Part shown: positions 54,401 through 64,000 of the stretch, in pieces
Numbering within the stretch: position 1 is the first letter of the stretch
How the letters are laid out: each line of letters begins with the position of its first letter
Assembly (NCBI GenBank): GCA_950097015.1
Contig: CATNEN010000001.1
Coordinates: 4,712,001 to 4,776,000 of the forward strand
From: Macrostomum hystrix
Lineage: Eukaryota; Animalia; Platyhelminthes
Length of the DNA stretch: 64,000 nt
Reading direction: 5' to 3'
Made by a program: the position numbers and the translations under genes
The notes under the pieces: model-generated
Database searches by the model: none
What the model was told of the DNA's origin: nothing
Seen by the model: the letters and a program-made list of their open reading frames with translations, nothing else

Positions 54401-57066
54401 TTTAGAAACAGCAGTAAGTGTTTCCTAAACTTTTGCATTCTATTTTTAGAAACAGCACTAAGGGTTTCCCAAACTATTGCGCTCTATTTTTAGAAACTGA
54501 GATGACTTTATTATGGCATACTGGATTGATAACGGTTTGTTCGTTAGTTGCCAAATTGTTTGTTCGGCACTGTGATGAATTCCTTAACCAGTTCGTATTT
54601 CTCTTTTTAGGAACAGTACTGGTTGGTCTATGGAACACGTTTTTTGCTATTGGTAGAAACAGCACTACGGAATTTCCATTCGATTGTGTTGAGTTCTATT
54701 TTTAGCATTGGGGATTCCACGAACGATATGAATGACTAATGAATGACAGCTGTTGGGTTATGTAAACAAAAAGGATTTTGTTATTGATTAACTAATAATT
54801 GCATAAACAAATAAAACAAATGTCACCCTTTAAAAGTAAACAAAAATTTGGTCCAAAAAGCCTTCTCATACGGAGAACTCAAAGCTAAGGCACTCGCAAA
54901 ATATTGTCTTAAGAAGCCAATTAGCCAAAATCCTGAATTGCTCAAATTTAAGCAACAATAGGCATATGAAAATATGGATTAAAAAGCCTATTGAATTTAA
55001 CAAACCTCGCTAGAAGTTCGACTAGCAGAAATTACAGTTGCATTAACAGCTGTTGGAGGACTGTCGAGTTGTTGATCAGACGAATAATCGATAGTCGTCT
55101 GTTGTTGGTTGCCAATGTGAGCGACCTTAAGAAGTAAATAAATTTATTTGAAATCTTACAATTAGTAATTTTATATTAGACAACAATTTTGTTTTCAGAC
55201 CAGCCTTTCATTTCACTTAAAAATGATCTTATTTATTTCTAACTGAACACTCAAAGTGAAAATTAAAGTTACAGAAGCGAAAAATTCACAGAAAGCTACA
55301 ATCTTTTGTTAAAAAATCATTTCGTACTAACTTAAAATTTGTTATCTAATGCAAGCTAAGTTAATACACAATTATTGGCACACTATCGCTAAGAGAACAC
55401 AAAGATATATACTTACTGAACTTCAAAAAAATATCGAGAATGGAACCTTGAAAGACGTTTGAATTCAAAGAAAGACAAAAGATTAAATATTTACAATTAT
55501 ATAAATATATATATATAAGTCTTCTTTGCCGATTAACTAAAGCAGGGGTCGGCAAACTTATTGGCTAGCGGGCCAAAGAGAGAACCTAAAATACGACAGC
55601 GGGCCGCATTGACCGTGCCAATACGAGTACGAGAAGGGGAGAGATAAGACACGAGATAGATGAGACAGTAGATAGATAAGACACGGGAGAGATGAGACAC
55701 GAGATAGATGAGACACGAGATAGATGAGACACGGGAGAGATGAGACACGAGAGAGATGAGACAAGGGAGAGATGAGACAAGGGAGATATGAGACAAGGGA
55801 GAGTTGAGACACGGGAGAGATGAGACACAGGAGAGATGAGACAAGGGAGAGATGAGACACGGGAGAGATGAGACACGAGAGAGATTAGACACGGGAGAGA
55901 TGAGACAAGGGAGAGTTGAGACACGGGAGAGATGAGACACAGGAGAGATGAGACAAGGGAGAGATGAGACACGGGAGAGATGAGACACGAGAGAGATTAG
56001 ACACGGGAGAGATGAGACAAGGGAGAGATGAGACAGGGGAGAGATGAGACACAGGAGAGATGAGACAAGGGAGAGATGAGACAGGGGAGAGATGAGACAC
56101 GGGAGAGATGAGACACGAGAGAGATTAGACACGGGAGAGATGAGACAAGGGAGAGTTGAGACACGGGAGAGATGAGACACAGGAGAGATGAGACAAGGGA
56201 GAGATGAGACACGGGAGAGATGAGACACGAGAGAGATTAGACACGGGAGAGATGAGACAAGGGAGAGATAAGACACGGGAGAGATGAGACATGAGAGATG
56301 AGTCTCCGAACTCACGACTTGAAGGTAGGAGTAGATGGGGTAATTGAGTGTAGGTCTGGCATGCCCCCAGTCTATGGTGTGAACAGCCGGACGCAGCTCT
56401 TGATTCTGGCTCGATTGGGGCAGGATTCAATATTTTTTCTTACAATAAAATGTAAAGAACCAAGTGTTTACACAAGACACTCACCAGCATTGAACTGGGC
56501 GGAGGTTCGGGCCAGACCAGACCATCGGACGACTGTTGCTGTCTGTCTTGCATCATCTGCTGCATTTTCTGTCGCTTGAGTTCGCGAATTCTTTCTCTGA
56601 TAGCTGAAGAAGAAGCAGCCGGAGACGGCTTATCATCCGCGGCAGCGGCAATGTTGGCATCGTTTGAAATGGCATCGTTGCTACTAGAAGCAGCAGCTGC
56701 GCCGGCGGCAGACGCTGATAATCTTTTAGAAGAGGCTGGCAGACGAAAAGTCGCTGTAGACAATGGCCTAGAAGATGATGCGCCAGAATTTCGCCGATGA
56801 TCCAAAGCCGGCGGAGGCGGCGGTGGTTGCAGATCGTCTTCAGTTAATAGTGCCGCAGTGTCGCAGCTGTTATTATTGCTACCAGTACTGATTGGAGCCA
56901 TGGGTGGCACCGGCAGTGCGGGACTGTGCATCATGTGGTTACGACGTGACGGTGCAAACGGATTGGCATTCTCATCGCCAACTGTCGGATACTGATTTGA
57001 CAACTCGCTGCCATCGCCAGAGAATGCTGGGGGCGGCCACACACTATCATCAATTTCCATATCCAT
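48460..57066 (-). CDS. TACC: Transforming acidic coiled-coil (TACC) family protein, about 596 aa; exons 57066-56485, 55125-55006, 54301-54008, 53721-53635, 50083-49763, 48846-48460
   Basis: C-terminal TACC domain ALEDLRNVEKAFSDLHRRFEK...KKNEETLKKC...YQTLKAHAEEKL...KENAELTSICDTLL. N-terminal NPF...MMHSP motif resembles TACC SPD-type repeats. All introns phase 0 GT-AG; middle exons are supported mainly by splice signals. Confidence 0.85.
48976..49710. repeat. 30-bp minisatellite ATGACCAATTCTGCAAACATTCAGATGGTC in last TACC intron
   Basis: About 24 units. Confidence 0.97.
50111..52490. repeat. 35-bp minisatellite GAGTGACTGAACCCTGAACTTGAGGATCTGAGGAA in TACC intron
   Basis: About 68 units, ending about 27 bp from the acceptor. 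Confidence 0.97.
53100..53575. repeat. Purine-rich GA repeat in TACC intron
   Basis: GGGAGAGGGGAGAGA-type units. Confidence 0.85.
55543..56300. mobile_element. Second copy of the hAT MITE (one end) with expanded 16-bp minisatellite
   Basis: Intact TIR CAGGGGTCGGCAAACTTATTGGCTAGCGGG at 55543, colinear with rc of about 1585-1654, followed by a GAGATGAGACACGGGA array; second TIR not found. Confidence 0.8.
56304..56396 (+). mobile_element. SINE family A, internally deleted remnant
   Basis: CTCACGACTTGAAGGT...TAATTGAG...CCCCCAGTCTATGG...GAACAGCCGGACGCAG matches the head and tail of 14764-14970. Confidence 0.65.
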
Positions 57067-57462
57067 TTCCTGCTGCTTCTGTTGCTGAGCTGTGCGATAC
57101 GAAGGAAGAGAATGAATGTGATTGAAAATCTGCTGTTAGGATTGTGTCTCTTCCGAGTTGAAATTTCTGTTAGGATTGTGTCTTTGTTTAGTCTTTTTGG
57201 TCTTATTTTTTTAGATTTTGTTTCTACCAAGTCTAAATTTTTGTTACGATTGTGTCTCTTTGTAAGTCAAAATAGATGTTAGGATTGCGTCTCTTGTGAG
57301 TCAAAATAGATGTTAGGATTGTGTCAGGAGGGTTGGTGGCAGAGTGGTTCACTCAATTCAAGTAACTCAATTCAATTGAGTAATTTTTTAGGTCTCATCA
57401 ATCTTATTTATCTCATATGTTATAATGTCGAATAAAAGTAAAATATTTCAGCAATATCTTAC

Positions 57463-57528
57463 CTGCTATAAAAAGTATTTTCCTTGCTTGAGCAGACAAA
57501 CTATTGTCAGATGATTCACAATGCTATG
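57463..57528 (-). other. Putative non-coding 5' UTR exon of TACC
   Basis: Acceptor TTTTCCAG and donor CAG|GTAAGA; contains an in-frame stop relative to Met57066. Confidence 0.5.
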
Positions 57529-58310
57529 CTGGAAAAGTTGTTGTAAATTATAGATTTCAAACTTACTAAGATAGGGCTTTGTTTATTTTCTAAGAAATAT
57601 TTAAATTTTGTTTGAATACACTTTGAATTCTTATAATGCACCAATTTTTGGTTTTTATGCACCAAATGCACCGAAAATATAACAGTTATAATGAAGTGAA
57701 GAAGGGAAGCGAAAAATAAGTATAAATACCCGAGAGAGAAGGCAGGAAACTAACGTTTTGTCTTGACCTTGAGAACAGCATTCAGAATAAGAAAGCTTGA
57801 ATATTGAAGTGATGGCCTTAAAGTTATCTGAAGAGACATCGAAAAAGAGAAGTAAAACAAAAGCTGTAAACATAGATCCACTGGTAAAGCTCAAGATGGA
57901 CTGAAGACTGAATTTAAGATTGAATGAAGAGTAATTGAAGAGTGATAAAGAAGGATAAAAGACAGATAAAGAGTGATAGAGAGTGATAAAGACAGATAAA
58001 GACTGATAAAAAGTACTTATAGAAATAATACAGTAAAGTTATAATTAAGAAGTGAATATAGAGAATAAATATTGGCCATATTGAATAATGCTACCAGATT
58101 AAATACATAAGTACGCTACCAATTGAATTTGAAATAAGAAAGTACATAACGTGAGTAAACTGAAGACACTCATAAGTTTGATATAAAGGCAGTATTTTAA
58201 TAAGTTTATAAGTGCTACGACAACTTTGGTAACAGCAGTAGGATTTAAAAATACAAGAAAATAGCCCTACAACAACTTTGGTAGCATTATTAGGATTAAA
58301 AGTTTATTAA

Positions 58311-58853
58311 CAGTATAACTACCAAGGGGGGGAGGGAATTTTCCTCCCCACTGACAATTTTTTTGCTGAACAAGAAACAGGTCGCCAGCTCTTCAGACTG
58401 TCAAGATATTCAATGTTTCTGGCCAAAGGTCTGATTTTTCCCATAAGAGCTAGTGTATTTCATACACCCCTATACAGGAATTTGCAATATGACTTAGTGC
58501 AGCCATTCCAGACCTTCAAACTTTATCAGCATGTCACCCGAATGTGCCTGCATTAGATCTCTGTTTTTGGTAGTCACCTACCTTTATCTAGATGGACTGC
58601 GGGACCTTCAAATGCAAAAAAATGTGGAAATAGGCCACTCTGGACACCCTGATGCGAATTTCTAAAATCTCACTGCTGAAGCTTAAATATTAGGCACAGC
58701 TCAACTACAGTACACCATCGCCTAGTCTGTCAACCAATCAGTCAGCACCTTACGCGGTTAGCTTTCAGGTGCTGCCAAAAATGTTCTCAGGTTGGGGAAA
58801 TTCCCCCCCCTTGGTATAAAAATGGGCGGCAAAATGGCTTGGTAGTCCTACTG
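58311..58853. mobile_element. TTAA-specific MITE (piggyBac-like target), 543 bp
   Basis: TTAA on both sides (58307-58310, 58854-58857); TIR CAGTATAACTACCAAG / rc CAGTAGGACTACCAAG; extra asymmetric internal inverted repeat TACCAAGGGGGGG. Confidence 0.82.
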
Positions 58854-60769
58854 TTAAGAAGTCAGGCCTACAACATGTTATAATGTCAAATAAGAGTAAA
58901 TTATTTCAGCAATATCTTAACTGCTATAAATAGTATTTTCCTTGCTTGAGCAGACAAACTATTGACAGATGATTCACAATGCTATGCTAGAAAAGTTGTT
59001 GTAAATTATAGATTTCAAACTTAACAATATTATGACTTTGACTTGTGTTCATCAAAAATATGGCAACTATATTTTATCCATCTAGCTATAGCTAACTTTT
59101 ATTTGAAAAACTAAAAAAATGATAATAACTTGTTATAACATAACAGTACACATGTTTATTGTACATTTTTGCTAGTATTCATATGATAATAACAAAAAAG
59201 CAAAATCAACTGCTCAATCCTAACTACTATTTATTTTAGTCATCCTAAAAAAGTCTTGACCACTAACTTCATATCCATACTAGCTAAGCTAATGACTAAT
59301 CATTAATTTAATAAACTTTAGACAATGGCAAAAATAAGAATTTAGTGAGTAAGTTAGCAAATTAAAAATTTAAATGCTTATTTATTCTTAAAGAGAAATT
59401 TATTTACATTTTTCATAACCATAGCTGCATAGCATAGCTATAGGCCTGACTGATTTCTCAATCTATAGGCCTAGGCCTACTTGATAGCCATATACAAGGA
59501 TACATGGGCTCTAGATAGACCTAGAGGAAGGCAGGTCTATATTTTTATAGATGTCAAGTTAGAGCACTAAAAAATATAACAATTTACAAAGTAGGACCTA
59601 GGTAATTATTTTTTTAAAGCTACCACATCAAACCTTTTAATAGTGCACTTTCCTTATATTTGGAGCATGAACAATAATATATGAAGGCCTACTGACTGAC
59701 AGTGCTCTGTGACTGTGACATGTGACAAATGATATGTTTTTTTGTCTTTGCAGAACTCTCCACAGCTGGAGGCCGAATGAGTAAGCTGGTTATTTTGGGT
59801 TGATTCTTAAACGAAACAGATTATGTATCATATGTATGATGGAGATGACCTCAGCCAGCACAACTACAACTAGACCAACACTACACCTCCTACACCAAAG
59901 CAACGATATTTATCTAAAATTTAAAATTAAATCAGGAATAGAAACTACGCGTGCAAAATTTCAGCGTTTGATCGCCGTGTCGAAATTATTCATGTATCTT
60001 CATAATTTTTTGTTTTAAAAGTTACGCACTTATTCACAAAGCACGAGTATTTAAAAGCGAACCATTCTTAGAAACACATGAACTTTTCAGAAATCCAAAT
60101 GAATGCTGCATGCAAAGTGCAAAAATATTTCATTGATTACTGTATGCGTCGAATATATTGTATGCGATTGGATATATGATACATTAATGTACAATTTAGA
60201 CAATTAGGTCTAATTTGGTTTGTACATTAACCGGAGATATGCCACCATTACAAGAACAATTTTCATGCATAATTTAAAATACTAACCTTCGAAGTTGTGT
60301 TCATAAATATATAAGGCCACGGTGCAGAAATCTGCACATCTGTAAAACATACTGATGTACAACACCTGTAACTAGAGAATCGCGAGAATAATTGCTGCGT
60401 TAAATACAGATGAGATTTTTTGGTGCAATTTATGAAAATATACGTCCCACTTGAAGTCACAATTTTACTGACAAGGCAGGCAGTACTATACACACGCATG
60501 GACAGGGTACCTGCGCATGAAAAATGGAAGTTTTTACATGAAAAATGTCGATAGTTTGACGTATGAAAAGTATACATAAAAACGACTGTTGTAAATAATA
60601 CATCTTACGGATTAACAGTGAGTTTTTTAAGTTGGCACCCACTTACTGATTATTAAAGCAACGAATTTTAACAATTACAAGCGATTATAGAGCACGTGCA
60701 TACTGTGATACATCTACATGTATCAAAGTTTATCAACAGAGCAACGTTAAGCCGGGAAAAGCCAGAAAT

Positions 60770-61546
60770 CTATGCAGTGCTAGTTGCGATTAAGTTTCTT
60801 TCGAAAGATGAACTGAGCTCGATTGTGGCAACTCGCTTCTTCAGAAGGCGCTGACTGAGGGCATCCAGGTTGACTCGGATCAACACGTGCTGACGAAGAC
60901 AACCATTGTTATCACCAATCGCTGTCTCGTTTTCAGCGTACAGTAGCTGAGGATTGCTGGTCGAATTGCCGCTTGAGTAAGCCGATGTCAGTTGAATCTC
61001 TTCGCACACCTTGCTTATCTGGCGCGACATCAGAGGAAACGTCGCAGAATCGTTTAGCATTTTGGACAACACCGCCGGCAAAGCCGTAGTATTTCTAGCT
61101 GCTGATGTGCGCGTCACAAACAGCTGTTTGCCGTGTCGCATCATATAGTCAAAAGCAACCGACTGAGCGTCTGGATCGCATCGCAAATCGGTCAGCTCTT
61201 CAAGAAGGTACGCCATGATGTCGTTCAGGGCGTGCCGCCTTGGTGTGAGTGGCTGCAGCTCCGATACCGATCTCATCGAAATCTGCAGCTGGGAATAATT
61301 AGCGTGCTCGATCACGCCGGCAGTGGTGCACAGGTAGCAGACACGGTATTTCCAGCTAGCCAGGCTGCCCTGTGGAAGCCTGAGCACATCTTCAAGCGCA
61401 ACTTGCTCGTAGCTCGGCAGCGGAGGCGCGTATCGACACTGATGCTCGTTTTGCAGTCGAATTTCTTGCAAAAGACGCCGAAACAGACGAGGAGGCCTTG
61501 GTAAACTTCTGAGTTTAGAAGTCGGCTGTGTGACTCGCTTCTTCAT
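60770..61546 (-). CDS. Intronless hypothetical protein, 258 aa
   Basis: Non-repetitive GC-rich ORF within AT-rich flanks; ATG at 61546; family not recognised. Confidence 0.65.
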   Translation of the reverse strand: MKKRVTQPTSKLRSLPRPPRLFRRLLQEIRLQNEHQCRYAPPLPSYEQVALEDVLRLPQGSLASWKYRVCYLCTTAGVIEHANYSQLQISMRSVSELQPLTPRRHALNDIMAYLLEELTDLRCDPDAQSVAFDYMMRHGKQLFVTRTSAARNTTALPAVLSKMLNDSATFPLMSRQISKVCEEIQLTSAYSSGNSTSNPQLLYAENETAIGDNNGCLRQHVLIRVNLDALSQRLLKKRVATIELSSSFERNLIATSTA

Positions 61547-62154
61547 TCCTATAAGCGGCACTACTTGATGTCAAGGTAGTCTGGTAGTATTTTTCTAAAT
61601 TCATTTTCGACCTGTGCTATATTTATAGTTTAGTAAGACGGTACTAAAACGGTCGATGTTATAGTAAGTTATATTTTTAGATACTCGTTCATGATTCTTT
61701 CACAGAATATTACTTTGCTTTATCTTATTTAATTGTCTTATCTTTACATGTAGTACATGCATACACGCATGTTTTATGTAGCATTATGCACACCTGGTTC
61801 GTGTTTTAACTGTTGTTTTTCTACAATTGAGATAAAACTTGTCGTTGATTAAAGAGAATAGCGAAAGCTGCAATTATTTGAGTCGAGAAAACACTAGCTT
61901 TGTAACCGTCAGGTGCGCGCGTGGCCTTTTGACTCAAAGTAAGACGTCAAAACATTTGGTCTTCTTTCGGCTCTATTAATGCTGTTTTCGTCACTTTTAG
62001 TACCTTTTGAGAGAGTCTCAAAGAGCTCACGATTTCATTATCGAAATTCTCCAAGGTTATAGTGTCTGAGTGGCTTAGTTATAACTATTGACACTAATAA
62101 TCGGCCTTTACATAGCATCAAAGCGCAGAATTTATCCCTGTGATGCTAAGGATT

Positions 62155-62168
62155 GTTGCCTAGGTAAA
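62155..62168. promoter_or_regulatory. RFX X-box-like element GTTGCCTAGGTAAA
   Basis: One mismatch to GTNRCC(N0-3)RGYAAC, about 420 bp upstream of the DPY-30/ankyrin ATG. Confidence 0.5.
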
Positions 62169-62587
62169 ATTCAGCCCCATAATTTTTCCTATCCTAGTTC
62201 TATAGGCTGCATGACCTGCGTGTTCTCATCTGCTGGGCTGCCTGAGTACATCGACTAGATTACCAGAAGGTAATTTCTCTTCCCAATATCAAAGTTTCTG
62301 CTCTGTCTCTATGCATTGTACAGTCCACAGTGAGTGCAATCAAATCTGCTCCTCCAAGAGTATTTTCTTCCCCAACGTTTCGTCCTCGTGTACGAAGCGC
62401 TTCTGTTGAGCAGCCCACAACCCCACCCAGTTGCTAGGAGCTGGTAGTTAGGGCCGCAAAAATGCCTGTCCTGTCACATATTTTACAATTTAAGTGTCTA
62501 ATTCCATCGCGCAATAACCCTAAAGCCTCAGAAAACAACCAGAAGCCGCGAGTAGCTAATAAAGACGAGCAAGACGAGCAAAAAGCA

Positions 62588-64000
62588 ATGTCCTCCGAAA
62601 TTGACATTAACTCAAGCCAGGTGACTCCGGCTAATGCCGATGTACACAACATGTTTCTACGAGTGGGCGGCAAGCCCAAGACCGCTTCTGTTGTCATCGA
62701 TGAGCAACAGAACCCCGACTCCGTGTACGCTCGAGCCACAGTCGGCAGCGCACTGGCACTTGCCATGTCGGAGGCGGCCGCTGGTCGTCCTGACGATCCA
62801 ATCGAGTTTATCGCCCAGCGTCTCTTTAACTATCAGCGCACGGTGGAGCATTGCCGCGAACGCGACCAAGAGGTTGAACAGCTTCGTCAGATGCGCATTC
62901 GCCAGCTGCAGGAGGAGGCCCGTCAGAAGGCCATCGCCGAGGAGCAACGGCTTCAGCGGGAGCGCGAAGAGCAGAGGCGTCGCGAGGAGCTGGAGCAGCT
63001 GAGGCAGTCAGTTCCTATGGAGGCTTTCATTTTGCCGGCGAAAAGAAGCGAGACACGAAACAAAACCGGCGCCACGCCGTTGCACACGGCCGTCAGATCG
63101 GGCTGCGATGCGGAGACTCTTCTAAAGATGCTTCACGAGGGGCATAATTTTTGCAACCGAGACGCGCAGGTGAGACAATTGCGTCATTTGCTCGTATTAG
63201 AGGTGAACTTTGAGAGTATAGGAAAGATAGGGTAAAAAAGAGAGAGAAAAAGTAGAAGGCTAGATTCCAAGAAAAATCTAGTAAGTCACCCAGAACAAAT
63301 AACAGATTTGTCTTCCCTGTCTCCACCATCGCCAAGGGCATGAACATTCGCGACGCGGCGCAAGCCAGCAAAAACGACGCCGTCGTCAAGGAGATCGACA
63401 GCCTAGTGATTCGCTGGATGCGCGAAGAGAAACTGGACCACCTGCGCTGGCTGCTGGCAAACGATTACGGCAGCACTTTTCCCAGCCTGAAGAAGGCCTT
63501 CGGACCGAAGCTGAAAGGCCTGCCAGAAGCTAGCAAGCGCATTGTGGACGCGGTGCCCCAATTCGAGGCGCGCTATCGAGAGCTGTGGAAACTCAGCGCG
63601 AAGGGCACGCGAGAACATCTCGAGCAGCACTGCGGCCAACTGCGGGAGCAGCAACACCTGGAGGATTTGTTCTCCCGCACCAGAGAGAATCTCTCAGCCC
63701 TGCACATTGCTCTGCTGTGCAAGAACCAGGAGGCGGCTCGCTATTTAGCCACGGAGCATCCGGATCTGATGCGAATGCCCGACCATTTCGGTCGCCTACC
63801 GTTGCACTACGCCCACGGAGCTGGTCAAAATTTTGTTGAAATCTTGCGCAACGCCGCGGGCAAGTCAAGCGAGGACGACTCGACTGTTCTGGATGCTTTC
63901 GGCTTCGCACCGAGCGTCTACGCCAAGCGATACGAACTTCTACCGGAGGCGCCGAACTACGGCAGCCCTGAACCACTTCCGGGTTCACGTGGTGGCGACG
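62588..64000 (+). CDS. DPY-30-domain (DYDC-like), coiled-coil and ankyrin-repeat protein, 3' partial; exons 62588-63169, 63337->64000
   Basis: DSVYARATVGSALALAMSEAAAGRPDDPIEFIAQRL (Dpy-30 motif), E/R/Q-rich coil, GATPLHTAVRSG. Exon 2 is open to the window end with LSALHIALL, DHFGRLPLHYA and DAFGFAP ankyrin-like units; phase-0 GT-AG intron. Confidence 0.82.

Noticed and set aside
62462-62587. Upstream ATG extension of the DPY-30/ankyrin gene
   Set aside because: Looks UTR-like and ATG 62588 has better context; not fully excluded.

Overview
Repeat-rich animal genomic DNA with spliceosomal GT-AG introns. The style (CAG/GCC-rich exons, a different minisatellite in almost every large intron) suggests a Macrostomum-type flatworm, but that is inference only. 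Seven genes were reconstructed by hand with phase-consistent splice sites: septin-7 first coding exon (-), an NK4/tinman/Nkx2-5-class homeobox gene (-), MFSD10 (+), MFSD8/CLN7 (-), a TACC-family gene (-), an intronless orphan ORF (-) and a DPY-30-domain plus ankyrin-repeat gene (+, runs off the window). About 20 minisatellite arrays produce nearly all the long ORFs in the track, and these ORFs are spurious. There are also two tRNA-derived SINE families and several MITEs, four with clear target-site duplications. Most interesting: (1) sharply bounded CpG-free domains 5' of the coding exons of septin, MFSD10 and TACC, where paired repeat copies show total CpG-to-TpG/CpA erosion, a fossil of localised germline methylation; (2) no such domain before MFSD8, hinting at a TACC-MFSD8 operon; (3) a hAT MITE carrying a minisatellite that expanded from about 0.3 to 5 kb; (4) a cluster of NK2-binding sites upstream of NK4; (5) an RFX X-box between the orphan and the DPY-30/ankyrin gene. 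Counts are manual and no database searches were run.
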